Source: Lama glama
Lineage: Eukaryota
Direction of reading: 5' to 3'
Assembly (NCBI GenBank): GCA_028534125.1
Contig: CM052816.1
Span: 13,084,001 to 13,148,000 of the forward strand
Length of the DNA stretch: 64,000 nt
Positions 48,500-61,760 of this stretch are shown here, piece by piece. Each line of letters begins with the position of its first letter. Positions within the stretch are counted from its first letter, which is position 1. The translations under genes were made by a program, and so were the position numbers. The notes under the pieces were generated by a model, which worked only from the letters and a program-made list of their open reading frames with translations, was not told the DNA's origin and ran no database searches.

Positions 48500-51400
48500 A
48501 TATACTTTCTGTATATGCTATTGCAAAACAGATATTGTTTTGGAATGTGTTTTTTTAATTATGTGAAAATATCATATTATGTATCTAATTGTCATTACTT
48601 TTTCCTCTAAGCACTATGATTTTTAAGATCTGCCCATGCTGCTCTGTGTACAGCTAACTCACTCCTTCTAAACGCTACTTAACACTCCAGGGTGTGTGTC
48701 TCCAACTTTTTATCTAACTGCTTTCTCAGAAACTAGACTTATAGGCTGCTTCCAACTCTCCACCAGTACAAATAACATTGCAGTCAGTCTCCTCATGCAC
48801 ATCCTCTTAAGGATCTGTGCAAGACTTTCTTTGAAATACGTATCTAGGTACAGACTTGCTGGGTTTGGGGTATGCATATTCTCTTTTGCTGTAGTTGAAA
48901 TATAGTTGATTTACAATATTATATTAGTCTCAGGTGTACAAAATATATATTCTTAATTTGACTAGGCAGTACCAGATGTTCTCCAGAAAGATGACTGTGG
49001 TCCATGGTCCATCAGAAACGGTGAGGTTCCTATGTCCCCACCAACACTTGGCCTTATCCAACCTTCTCACTTTCATCAGTCTAATAAATACAAAGAGTTA
49101 ACTCACTGTGGTTTTAATTTATAATTTCCAGATTACTAATGATTTGAGGCATTACTGCTCTTCACATGTGTAGCAGTAATTCAAGTTTCCACTTCTATAA
49201 ATTGACTTTCTGTATCCTTTGCCTACTTTACTACTGGGGTCGCTGCCTTTCTTTTGTTGATTGGCAGAAGTTACCTGTGTTATTCATGTAGTAGATCTTA
49301 GACATTTTGATTATTTTTCCCATATTGCCTTCTGTGTAGTAAATTTGTCCATGATGTCTTCCTTGAACAGAAAATATAGATGGACTCGAAAGTCGTGAGT
49401 ACTTTGCCTTATGATTTGTGCTTTAGAAAATTTGCTTGGAAAGCTTTTTCCTGCCCTTATGTCACTAAGATAGTCTCCTACATTATGCTCCATTAACTTT
49501 ATAGTTGTACTTTTTTTCCTTGGGTCTTTAATCCACGAAGAGTCCACATTTGTATGATATATGAGGCAAAGATCCAGTTTTATTTCTGTTTCTTCAGTGA
49601 GCCGGTTTCCCCATTGTAAGCTGCTAGGGACTGACTTGTGATATTATTTTTATCATATTTAGGTTTCCACATATACATATGGATTGATATCTGAGTTCTT
49701 TGTCTTATTTTATAGGCCTGTTAATCTGTTTTTCCCCCAATGCACCCCAGCTTTTGTTATATAGCTTTGTTATGTGTTTCTTTATCTCATAGGGCCAGCT
49801 TTCTTTCTACTTATGTTTTTTAAGCTTGACTTAGCCATTTATAAACTATTATGCCTCCAAATAAATTTTAAAGTAAGTTGTCATCATATTTCTCCAAAAA
49901 AAAAAACTAAGCGGAATTTTTTTTGGAGTTGTATGGATTTTATCAAATCAATGGGAGAATTGGTGTCTTTAGCGTGCACTATTGTCTCACCCAAAAGCAT
50001 AGGATTTTCTTAATTTATTCAGATCATCTTTTAAGTCTTTTATTAATATTTTAAAGTTTTCTCTTTTTCCTGTAGATACCTTGTACATTATTTTATTAAT
50101 ATAATTAATTAACTCCTAGATGTTTAATAGATTTCTTGATAGAGGAAATGATGTATTATTATTATTTATTATATTTTCTGATTGGCTGTTGCTAGTGCTA
50201 AAAAAAATTGATCATGTAGTCAATGATCTTACTTAATTCTCTTTTTTTTTTTCTTACTTAATTCTCTTACTGCTTCTAATAGTCTGTCTTTTGAATCTGT
50301 TGGTATCTCTAGATGAATGATCTTATCATATGCAAGTGAAGATAATTTTCTCTCTTCCTTTCTCTGTTAGTCAGCTCTCACTAAGTTATGTTATGATAAC
50401 AAATAATCCCACATCTCAGTGACTTACAATAACAAAAATGTATTTCTCACTTACATACCCTGTTGAATACGTGGTGGCTGCAGCTGTGTACTATATGTTT
50501 TCTTGTTCTGGGATACAAGCTGAAGAAGCAGCCCCACTCAGGAACAGGCCAATCTCGTAGCCGAGGAAAAGCATCCTGCAGCCAGCTAACCCACACAATG
50601 GCTGTTAAAACTTCTGCTCAGAACTGGCACAGCAACAAAGCTGTTCATATTCATTGGCAAACACAAGTCCCATGGTCAAGCCTGATGACAGCAGGGTTTA
50701 CAGTTTCCTCCTCGCAGAGGAAGGCTCTGCAAATTACATGGCAAAGGGCAGACAAGTGTGCCTTCCCTTGCAGGGAGGAGGGTAGTTACATGACTGTGAA
50801 CAAGAATATAATCTACCACCCCTTCTAACCCTCCTTCTTATTATTTCTTTGTCTCTTCTTTAGCTTTCTTTTCTTTTGCCAAGACCTCTAGGGATAATAG
50901 TGAGCACCTTTGTGCTACCTTTACCTTGAAGAGAGTGAATCTTGAGTTTCTGCATTTATTATAACACTGACTATAGGTTGTTAGTATAAATAACCTTTAT
51001 CAAGTTAAGGGAAGTCTCTTCTATTCCTAGTGCTAAGAGTTTTAATCATAAATTTGAATAGAATCTTATCAAATGTAATTTTTATCTTGATTGATTTCAT
51101 CACACAAGTTTTCCTCCATTAATCTGTCAATAAACTTGCATCTATAAATGAGTTTTCTCTGTTGAATCATCACGTATGTCTGAGACAAACTCTGCTTGAT
51201 CTTAATGTATTATTTTTAAATCTAAAGTTAGGCTAGCTGACATCTTACTTAGTATTTTTGAATCCATGTTAATAAGTAAAATTGGCCTATTATCTTATAT
51301 GTGTTGTCCTTATCTAATTTTGGAACAAGGCTATACAAGGCTATGCTAGCCTTGTAAAGTGATGTGTGTAGATTTTACCCTTTTTCTATTCTCTAAAGAC

Positions 51401-51640
51401 ATACATGAAGTAGAAATTAATGTTCCTTAAAAATTTGGTAGAACTTTCCAGTAAAACCATCTGGGCCTGAAGTTTTTTGAGCAAGACAAGTCTTGGTTTA
51501 TCATTCCAAAGCATTTAATGCTCACTGATGTAGTCAAATTCTATATTTCTTCTCTATGCCAGTTTTGGCATTTCATCATTTATCTTGGACTTTATCTATT
51601 TTAACTGGGCCACCAAAATTATTAGGCTATAACTGATCAT
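48500..51640 (-). mobile_element. old L1M (ORF2 to 3' UTR remnants) with nested younger insertions
   Basis: 'gtccccaccaacacttgg...ccattaactttatagtt...taaattttaaagtaagttgtc...ctttatcaagttaagggaagt...ccagtaaaaccatctgggcctg'. Confidence 0.75.
50363..50819 (-). mobile_element. MaLR solo LTR (MLT1J-like) nested in L1
   Basis: 'gttagtcagct...taacaaataatcccacatctcagtgacttacaataacaaaaatgtatttctcac...aaaacttctgctcagaactggcac...aatataatctaccac'. Confidence 0.75.
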
Positions 51641-52204
51641 AAAACTTACTATTATGATGGATAAAAATATAGCAAAAAATTTGAAATTACCTCCAAGAGT
51701 AGGATTAGAGATAATCTCTGTGTTTTAGTTTGTTCTGTGTTCTTTTTATCATAGTCTGAATGTTTTACACTGATAGGATACTGTTTTTGTATAATCAGAA
51801 ACAACTTAGGCTATTTCTGGTTTGCAATGAAAGTAATCCATAGGACTTAGCTAATTTCAGAAGGTGTTTCAAACAACCATGCCCCACTGGGAGGTGGTAC
51901 TTGGTGAATCCTCAGGCAGACTTGCGTTCTCAGACGGTGAATTCATCTGTAAACAAGTAGAGCCCTTCCAGGAAGAAATCACAACATAACCTGTGCATGG
52001 CACTGAACCTCCCTGTGCGTTTTCAGTATTTTATAAATAATAATTAACAGGTGATATTTGGCCTTCTTGAGTGTATACCAATTTATTTTATATAAAGGGA
52101 CATTTTTAACAAAGGCAGTCATGGGTCCTTTTTTTTTTTGGAGATGGGTAACATTTATTTATTTTTGTCCTTTGTTCACTTTTCTTATGTGGTTTCTAAA
52201 ATAT

Positions 52205-52432
52205 TTTTCTTTTTTTTTTCTGAATTGATGCACAGTCAGTTACAATCTATCAATTTCTGGTGTTTAACACAATGTCTCAGTTATGCATACACAAACATAT
52301 ATTCATTTTTATATTATTTTTTATTAAAGGTTATTACTAGATATTGAATATAGTTTCCTATGCTATACAGAAGAAATTTGGTTTTTTTAATCTATTTTTA
52401 TATATAGTGGCTAATATTTACAAATCTCAAAC
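52205..52432 (-). mobile_element. short L1 3' UTR
   Basis: 'cagtcagttacaat...aatttctggtg...gatattgaatatagtttcctatgctatacagaa'. Confidence 0.8.
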
Positions 52433-52494
52433 ACGGTCCACTTTTTTTAACATTTGTGGTTGAACTCTTGGAACATCAATTGTTTTTTTCTGTT

Positions 52495-52570
52495 TGTCTT
52501 TTTTTTATTGAAGAATAGTTGGTTTACAATGTTTTGTTAATTTCTGGTGTACAGTATAGTGACTTACTTG

Positions 52571-52603
<33 letters not shown>

Positions 52604-52722
52604 TCCTTCCCATATTCTTTTCCATTATAGGCCATTACTAAGTATTGAATATAGTTCCCTGTGCTGTACAGTGGGACTTGGCTGTTTATTTATTTTATAT
52701 ATAGTAACAGTATCTGCAAATT
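52495..52722 (-). mobile_element. short L1 3' UTR with internal (GATA)n
   Basis: 'ttattgaagaatagttggtttacaatgtt...tttctggtgtacagtatagtga...tattgaatatagttccctgtgctgtacagt'. Confidence 0.85.
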
Positions 52723-54179
52723 TACTGCCTTTACTCTCCAGTCAAGGCTGGGTTTTATTAAGCAGTGTATATTTCACCTAAGTTCTCAAAAGTGTGCTTT
52801 TTGAGGAAAAAACAAGACCTTTGGTGATATTTTGTGGTGAGCATTACCTTACCATGTTTGGTCTATAATAGTGTGTTGTGTGTGGGTCCTGAGGAGGCAA
52901 TGAAGCTATTTTCTTTGGAAAAGCTGTCAGATAACGCAAATCAAATCTAATAAAGGAGTAGATACGGCCAAACAGGTTCAGCTTGTTCACATACATTTTA
53001 AAACAAATAACAGAGAGAAGCAGAGAGAGTATGTGCGGGGGGTGGAATTTTTACCATCCTCCCCTTTCAATTAAACGTCTCCAGTTCCCTAGGGAAATGT
53101 CTAAAGATTTTATACACATATGTGTGTGGTGGGGGTGTGTGTACTAGAGAGAGAGGTACCTTGTTAGCCCCATCTGTCTCAGTCCTACTGAAATAATTCC
53201 GGGTGCTTCCATACTTTTTCATGACATCAGCAAAGGAGACCACAGAATCTTGAAGTGAATTAATCTGGGAGGGGCTAGAAACCATAAAAAAAAAAAAGAT
53301 TTTCGTTCAACGAACTCTCTGCCCTCGTCTTCAAAAAAGGAGAGCGTGGTTTGGGAACATGGCACATGGCAGATGTGTCTTCCTCCCATTAGATGGATTT
53401 ACAAGAATATTAAGGGAGGAAGAGTCTGAAGGCACTGGCTGTGTCAGCCTTTAGCCTGGGCAAGATACTCAATCTCTCTAGCTTACAGAGAGATTCCCAG
53501 TCTACAAAGTGGGGGTGGTAATGGCACCTAATCCACATGGTTGCCATAAGGATGGACTGAGATAACACATTAAGGAACCATATTTTATATAGTTATAGTG
53601 TATAGTTACGTACGTAACTTCGTCTGTTTTGCCACTGAACTGTCAGCTTCGTCAGGGCAAAGAACTTTGTTGAGTTTGTATACTGTTATATCTCCAGTAA
53701 CTAAAACAGTGCCAAGGTTAGAGCAGGTCTTCAACAGAAGCAAAAGAACAGCATTTATCTTAGGAACCAGAACGTCTCTAGTAACTCCCAAATGAATGTA
53801 CCAGGATGACGGTGATTATAGGCAGCAGAAATGGTGTTGGTGGTGGTAATGGTAGAGGAGGCAATGCGGTTGGTGTGGGTGGTGGTGACGGTTGAAGACT
53901 GGTAGTGAAGTGAAATGGTTAAGAGCAAAGGCTTTGGGAAACAGGCTGCATGTGTGGACTCCTGCAACACTAGCTATGGACTCCACCTGAGATCTCACAT
54001 TCCTCATCTGTGAGGTGGGTATAAATTAGTGACTATTTTAAGCATACTTGAAATAATGCTAGCTGATATCATCATTATTAACCACATCTACTACTTACAT
54101 AGCAGGTCAGTAAGTGCTATTATGGGCTATAATTTTACGGAAAGGCATTCAGGGAGATCACCTCATCAGTAAGGTACTT

Positions 54180-54920
54180 TGTGAAGGAAAGACTGACCCA
54201 ATAGAAAAACCATCAAAAGAATGGAAGGTGTAATTATAAATGGCCAGGAAATATAAGAAATTGCCTACCTAACAACTTTACAAAGAATGGTTATTAAAAC
54301 AATGAAGAAACACATTTGACCTATTAGAATGGCAAAGACGAAAAAGTGGTAACAGTATTACCAAGAGGTTGAAGTACCAAGCACTTTTGTACATAACTGA
54401 TAGGAGTAAAACTTGGGACATTTCTAGAGGCCAATTTAGCAATATATCAATATCCTTAAAAGCCCCTTGGGCCTAGAAACACCAGTTTTAGTAATTTAGC
54501 CTAAAGAAATAATCAGGCTAGTGTTTTGTAATACATGTATATGAATTACAATCATTTATTATATGTAAAAATAACATTAGAATTTGCATCAATATGGGAG
54601 CTAGTTAAATAAAATGTTTTTATCCATACAATGGAACAATTTTGCAGTCATTGAAATGATCAGTATTTGTGGACATGGAAAGACGTTTGTGCTGTGTTGT
54701 TGTGTGAAAAAAAATCATATTAGAGGACAGTTGATTGTATGATCATATTTTTATTTTAAATTGTGATACACACTGATGAAAGCTTAGAAAGTTATGTCTC
54801 AAATGTTGAGTTTCTGTTAATCATGGTTACCTCTGGTTTATAAAATCACAGGTGACTTTCATTTTCCTCTTTATAGTTATTTGTATTTTCTGAAATTCTT
54901 ACAGCGAGCATCTATTACTT
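54180..54920 (+). mobile_element. old L1ME 3' fragment
   Basis: 'ctattagaatggcaaagac...ctgataggagtaaaacttgg...atccatacaatggaac...catggaaagacgtt...tggttacctctgg'. Confidence 0.6.
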
Positions 54921-55373
54921 TCAGGAGAGAGAAGGCAGTCAAAAGCCCACTTCCACATGGTAAGAAAGGGAGATTGATCACGTGTCTGACTAATTTGATC
55001 ACTGAGTTAAAAGCTTCTAACCCCAGTGGCAGTGCTATGACCTGAAACGGCAGTAGCTGGCAACTCGTCACTGTTTTTGTGACCATTAGTCAGTGGCTAT
55101 CAGTCTTTACTCTGTCCCACGTGGGAATCTCCCAATACATTTGATGCAATGACATCTAAAATAATGGCGGACCCATTTGAGACCATGCACGGTCAAAGGC
55201 TGGACTTGGCCAGCGTGATGTGAGCACCTTCAGAGATGACCAAAGGAACGGAATACATTCTGCCAAAGGGATAGACTAGCAAAGAGGTGCCCTTTGTCTC
55301 TTCTGTAAGCCCCACCTTCATTAACATCTCCTCTCCCTTGGAATGGTGCGTTGGTCCGTTTGTTTGTTTAATC

Positions 55374-55553
55374 CAGTGGTTTACAAACTTTGGTGCATCA
55401 GAATCACCTTGAAGACTTGTTAAAACACAGATGGCTGGGCCCCTCACCAGAGGTTTCTGATAGCTCTGAAGTACGTCTGGAGAATTTGCGTTTCTCACAA
55501 GTTTTCAGTTGATGCTGTCGCTGCTGGTCTGGGGACCACACTTTGAGAACAAC
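55374..55553. mobile_element. hAT-Charlie MITE (MER5A-like)
   Basis: 'cagtggtttacaaactt...gcatcagaatcacct...cttgttaaaacacagat...gagaatttgcgtttctcacaag...ggggaccacactttgagaac'. Confidence 0.9.
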
Positions 55554-55959
55554 AGGAATGACCAGCCTACACATCACGAATAGAACTCTGTGGATTATTC
55601 CCTTTTAAAAATTACTTTATCACAAGAACAAAACTAAAATAGTAAATGAGATTCAGAGTTTAAATTGCCATAGCCTCATTTTCCCATCAGATCGAAGTTT
55701 CCGCTTGTTTCCATTCCGTTCTGAACTTTGTGCACACTCATTTCTTTCATAGTTGCAGTTATCATAGGTAAAAGTGTGGAAAAATCATCAAGTTTCCCCA
55801 TATGATGGGCGAGTAGGTTCTTATCTCCTCCAGCTAACCACAGGCAGCCTGGTTCTGATAAATCCTTCCACGCCGTCCTCTGTGCTCACACAGACACATA
55901 TGAGAAACGGAACAGAAAGGAGGTCAAGAGCTCTGGCTGCGATCCACAGTCGCATTCTG

Positions 55960-56140
55960 GTGCACCCCTTCGCAGCTCTGTGTCCGCAGACATCTCTAGG
56001 CCTCAGACTCTTCCTTCCGTAGAACTGGGGTAATTATAGTCCCTTTATCAGATGGCGGTGAGATTCAAATCAATTAACCCATGAGAAGCATCTAGCCCAG
56101 TCCCCGGCATACAGTGGATACTAAATGTAAACCATTATTA
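55960..56140 (+). mobile_element. MIR SINE
   Basis: 'ctctaggcctcag...gtagaactggggtaat...gtgagattcaaat...gcatacagtggatact'. Confidence 0.6.
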
Positions 56141-57159
56141 CGTGTGCCCACACAGAGGTTATTTTTACATGCTTCTCCCTGTGCCTTGTCTTCCTCGCAG
56201 CACTGACATTCGTCAGGGTGAAGGGCAGAGCTGTCACTGACTAACAGCTGGCAGTGTTCCACAGCAGCATGGATGGATCCCTCCTGAACGAGCCATTCCC
56301 TTATTCAGGAGCCTTCTGGTTGGTTCCAGGTTTTTACTACTACAAATGCCCCCGCAGTGTCCTTATCTCCCTCAACCCTTCCAGGGGTTCAGCCCTTCCC
56401 TCCTGGCACATTGTCTGCCCCTTGCCCCAGTCCCCTCCATAGACAGGGGTTTCCTCCACAGGCCACCTACTTTGCTGCTCTCTTCCTCAACCCCTCCCCT
56501 GTCAGGCGGACCAAGCCAGAGCAGAAGGCCCTCTGAGCCCCACAGAGGACTGGCTGGCAGCTAAGATGCTGAAGGCGGAGCCCCTGGGACACCGTCGTCA
56601 TGAAGTCGCGCTGCTGCCGCGATGCCTGGGGTGGGAATGAAGGCAAGACCAGGGGAAACATGTCAGGAAGCCGCTTTGACTGTGATGAGGGAGACAAAAA
56701 ACTCCCAGGCTATCAGTTTGTGGATGTAGCCCAGATGTTTTAATCTGTGACCCGGAGAACAACTCTGGCAGGGACACCAGCCCCAGACTGAGCCTGTTTT
56801 AGGAATGAGCTACTAACAATGATACCTCGTACTGGCAGAGGACTTAGCATGCTCAGAAGAGTCTCTTGGCTCTGTTGTGTCATTATGGGTTTTTCCTGCT
56901 CGGTGAAGAGACCCCCATAGCTCAGATCAACTGAGCTGCAATTTAGCAGTGCTACTGAGATTTGCTGAAATACTAGATCCAGCCACCTGCAATCCAGCTG
57001 TTTATATCAGAAGGCAGTTTAAAGTCCTTCCTTCAAATTCCCATGAGCTCATCCAGGTCCCACTGGACACAGGAACTGACAGTAACGGAATGTGGATGTG
57101 CCTGGTGCTCAAACGTTCAGCATTACTGACGCCTCATCCTCCCTGGAGCCCAGAAATCC

Positions 57160-57295
57160 TCGTCCGCATTTTGCAGATAAGGCCACTGGGGTTCAGGGCA
57201 GTGAAGCAGATTGCCTGCGGTCACTTCCCTGGTCAGGAGTAGAGCTGGAATTCAAGCCCAAGTTCATGTGAATAAAAACCTGTGTCCTCCCCACC
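57160..57295 (-). mobile_element. MIR SINE
   Basis: 'cattttgcagataagg...cagtgaagcagattgcctgcggtcac...agagctggaattcaagccca'. Confidence 0.65.
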
Positions 57296-58869
57296 ATATA
57301 CTATTCTGAAACATGCTAAGGAAAAAGCCACTTTCTCATGGTAACCAGGATTAGATAGGTTGGGTACCCCTATTTAACAGTTCTGCCGAACTGAAAGCCA
57401 ATCATTGTTTGCACTCCTGTCCAGGAAACTAATTGTAAATATGATGATGTGATGATGATGGTGGTGGTGGCGGCAGCGGCAATGATATCTTTCATTTACT
57501 GAGGACCGCTCTGTGCCAAGCACTTAAATTTCTCTTGGACCCCTTTCATTCTTACAACAAGCCAGGTGTTTTGTGCTGGAAGGAATACACACATGCACAC
57601 AAAAGTCCTGCCCAAGCATCCGAGCATGCTCAACTAGCCTGGGATTTGGCCTCGGGCCCCTGACTCCGGAGCCTGTGCCTGGACCCACGTCTCTGCACCG
57701 CATCTAACGTAGAGTCCTGGTAAAAGAGAACAGACATCGGAAATCCTCCATGAGCTTCCACTGCCCTGATGATGGTTCTTGGATTTGCATATTTGGCAAG
57801 GCTCACACACATTTAGACACTTTAAGTTAATCATGACCTGTCACAGATTATCTGAGCTGTTCATTGTCATCAAGCACATGTAGATTTCAGGACCCACTCA
57901 TCGTCCTCTTTCCATCACTAGTTTTTATTCTACAGCCATAAAATTAATAGATGAACTCTATAGTGAGCCAAAGGCCATGTGTGTGGAGTTGAAGGTAATC
58001 ACTCAAAATTAATTGGGGAATGGCCTCCGTCTTTTTGGTCATTTGTCATCACAGACTCCTGGCAGATGTCAGTCATAAGATGACACTGTGTCCCCCAAGA
58101 AATGGAGAAAGCCCAGAAGTGAATTCTGCTCGAGCCCACAAACTCCCCGAACCTGAATTTTAGACCTGCCTGTGAATCGCTCCCCTGACTGGAGCAGAGC
58201 TGCCCCATTGGTTACCCGACTCCTGACCTCACCATCGGAGGCCATCAGTACAGTGACGTGTGCCAGCTGTGAGCCAGCTGTGCCTCCCGACAGCATGGCA
58301 TTTCCCCCGGGCTGGACAGCAGCCCTGTGTGCAAGTGGAATCATAGGTTCTGATTAGCAAATCTGCACACAGCCTCAGCTCTTTTCTCACTGGAATCAGT
58401 GTGAGAGCCAGTGTGAGCTACCAGATACTTCTCTTAATGTTGCACACAGGCCAGCGAGAGCCCTTTGAACCTTCACTAGATTTCAAAATCCTGATTTATA
58501 TGTAGATGGCAGCATGCATTCTTTACCTCCCTCCTCCTTATTTACAGAGGCCTGAAATTAAGACCTGACGTCTAAAGAAATCTTTAACAGAAGCATTCTA
58601 ATACAGCTAAAGGGAAGGGAAGTTGCTGGAGCCCATCAGATCCATCCTGGCGGAGACTAAAGATGGAGGAGAGTTTGAGTTTTCTACTCCCCCTGAATTC
58701 ACGGCTGATTCTATTTCAGCCTCCAACCTCTGTTTGATTAATAACATTAGAACTCAGCAAGCACCCACTGATGCTGACAGAGCCCTTGTGTTCCGCAGAA
58801 CCCAGTTTGGGGAATGTTATCTTACTTTATCTAAGGCTTATTTAAAGGCAGAATGTTAAGAATTCTTTA

Positions 58870-59480
58870 AATATTTAAACTTATTCTTAGTTCCCCCAAA
58901 TAATACACATGACTCAATTCTCCTTTTAAAAAATGAGAGTACTGCAAATAAAGCTAAGGTGCCCTTTGACCCATACCCTCGGGCCCAGTCCCACCCGCCT
59001 CCTCCCAGAGGTAACGAGGGGGTTCCGCCCCCTACTTGTTCGTACGCAGCACACCCATGCTCACAAGGGCACACACACACATATTCATAATTGCAATTTA
59101 CATAATTTATATAAAATAGATCATGTGGTTCTGGATTTTTTTTTTTCCTTAATGGTATATCATGTTGCTTGCAACTTGTTTTTTTCAACGCACTGTGTGT
59201 TCGGAAGGTCTAGCAAACCGATGCTCATCCAGCCATTCCTTTCAAGGGCTCTGTGGCTTCTCCTCTTATGATTCCACCATAATTTATTTCTCAGTTTCCA
59301 TCCTGCTGGACCTAGAGGTTATTTCCACTCTGGGGCTCTTCTAAGCCACACAGCACTGAACATCCTTGACTGTGGCCCCCTGAGCCCAGCCCAGGGATCA
59401 CTGGGGTAGACACCTAGAGATGATACTGCTGGGTCACAGGGCACATTTTTGTTTTCAAATGGTGCTGCCAAGCTGTGAGC
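58870..59480 (-). mobile_element. old L1ME 3' fragment
   Basis: 'ctcccagaggtaac...ttgcaacttgttttttcaa...aatttatttctcagtttcc...ggttatttcc...cctagagatgatactgctgggtca'. Confidence 0.55.
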
Positions 59481-60729
59481 AGAGAACTCTCATATCTGTA
59501 AGGGATCCACGGGAAGGAATTTCCACAGTGACTCAAGAAAGTCGTAAAGGAGATGAAGGAGGCAGCTGCTTTTGAAAAGCCTCCAAGATTCATTTTCATG
59601 CCAATCAGCCCCCCAAACCCATTCACTGTCAAGGTTAAAGCAACGGTGACTTTTTTCCATCCAAAGGCTGCTTTCTGCCTTCCTTTTTCCCTTCTGGACT
59701 CTCCTTGGTATTCTGCATAAGTTGGTATTCTGATCTTACCTGCTCCGGAATGCGAGTGTGCACACACATGGGTCAGGGAGACAGACGTATATTATCATCG
59801 AGTATTTACCATTGAATTAAAACATGACATCAAATTATTTTTAATAGGAAAACTAAAGAACTCTCTTCTAGTGAGAAAGAAATGGGTGGGTAGCATCCAG
59901 TCGAACATACTGTGAAACAGAATGAAGGAAAAAGAATATGCAGATCACAATGATGAATTTTCACAGGACAGCAGATTTGCACTGAAGAGCAATAGTATAT
60001 TTATAAGCAAGATATTAGTGACCGATTTGTAATCAATCAGGTTTTCTCAACTCAGGAACATTTAAACCTCAGACTTTCAACCTAGACATAACAACTGTCA
60101 GCACACGACTCATGAGTCTTGTCTCCTTCAGATCTAGGCACAGAGGCCTTATGATGATGTGTCATGCCATGGAAATTTAAAAAATGGGAAGGCCAGCGAT
60201 AAATATCTACAGGTGTTAAAGGCCCAGGAGACCAGGAAAAAAAAAAAGGTCCTGTCTTTCCTTGCATAATACGGTTCCTTCCGTCCCCTCCATATCACCC
60301 CTCATACTCCCAACACCCCCACAACGCTGATCCCAAACTAAAATGAAGGAGTAGAATTGTGACGCAAACGTCTGCCACTGAAATTAGAGTGGGGGACTTT
60401 TGCAATTATACCCAGGAGTATAATTTCCTCAAGGATGGAAACTTTTAAGATTTGGTAAGAGGAGTCAAAGAGGTAGGAACAATGGTTTATGACTTTGTTA
60501 CTTTCAGCTCAGATTATTGTTTGTGGTCTACGCTTTGGCACAGCCAGCCAGCAAGGACGAGCAGACGGTATAATTTAAGGGGCACCAAAGGACCTGAAAT
60601 ATGACAACATATCGGTGCCTGAAATTCCCGCCATTGACCTCCCTACCTAAGGGCCTGGCAGGGACACGCTCGTGAAGCTGGCAGTATTAGTGTTTCATTT
60701 GCAAATTCATACATGCACAAGATTGTAGG

Positions 60730-60894
60730 GAGAAACAGGTTAACTTTACAGAAGCTACACAACGAAAACAAAATTGCTCTTTCAACTTCCTTCAGACTAG
60801 ACTTGCATACTTCAAAAGCTACTATTCACGTTTCATAAACCACACATCCTTCCAGAAATCGGGTAATGTACATTAGATAGATTAGGTAGGTAGG

Positions 60895-60925
<31 letters not shown>

Positions 60926-61760
60926 GCAGGCAGACATATATGTGTATATGTTAGTGCATAAAAGCTCTTCATCTTACTCATACTGCCTTTATCTTACCTT
61001 TTCAGTTAATACATTTTGGATACCTTTCTTAATCAGTACTTTTTTATCTTCTGCATTCTTCTAGATAGCCGCATGGTATTTCAGAGGTCCATACACCTCT
61101 CAATGTACCTTAATTTATAACTCTGGTCCCCTAATTACAGGCATCTGAATAATTTTAATTTTTTGCTATTAACAACATGGAAATCAACATCCTCAAATAT
61201 ATGTAATTATGTCTAGAAGAAAGTGTGTTCATAAAACTGTTTTTAAACAGTGGACTTGCTAGAGCAAAGAAAATATACATTTTACACTCTGATAAATATT
61301 ACCAAATTTCCATTGAAAAAGGTTATGCCAATGGTGTACAAAAGTGCCAGTATTTGCCTGCATCTTCACCACATGGAGTTTTATCAAGCAATGTAATTTT
61401 TGTCAAGTTAGTAAGAATGATTTGGTTTGGATGCTATTTTTGTCAGTTTAGTGATGCACGATTCTTGGCTTCGTTTCTTTTCATTATCATGAGGTTAAAC
61501 ATCTTTTCATGATTATTAGGCCTTTATTTATTTTGTTTTGTTTTTTGTTGTGAGCCTCTTCTTTGTAATCTTTGCTCCTTTTTCAATTTTTCTCTTTTGT
61601 GAGGTGAATGGTAGAAGCTACCTCTATATAAAGATAGCATTTGTCACGTGTGCAGCAAATATTTTTTCCTGGTTTATCATTTATCTTTTTACTTTCTCTC
61701 TGGCATTTTTTTACAATACAGAAGTATTTCATTTATGTGGATAAAATATACAAGGATTTT
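60730..61760 (-). mobile_element. old L1ME fragment with GATA/GACA microsatellite (~60876-60935)
   Basis: 'ttttttgctattaacaac...tgataaatattaccaaattt...tgaggttaaacatcttttcatg...gcaaatattttttcc'. Confidence 0.6.

Noticed and set aside
53604..53619. Perfect 16-bp palindrome AGTTACGTACGTAACT (PAR-bZIP-like half sites)
   Set aside because: About one such palindrome is expected by chance in 64 kb (64000/4^8), and it appears to sit in an old repeat remnant.
55045..55260. Minus-strand exon/pseudogene-like block (MYSVPLVISEGAHITLAKSSL*)
   Set aside because: Stops in all frames, weak donors, no recognisable homolog.
59414..59767. 117-aa minus-strand ORF and overlapping plus-strand open frame
   Set aside because: No convincing acceptor/donor pair or homology; partly overlaps an L1 remnant.
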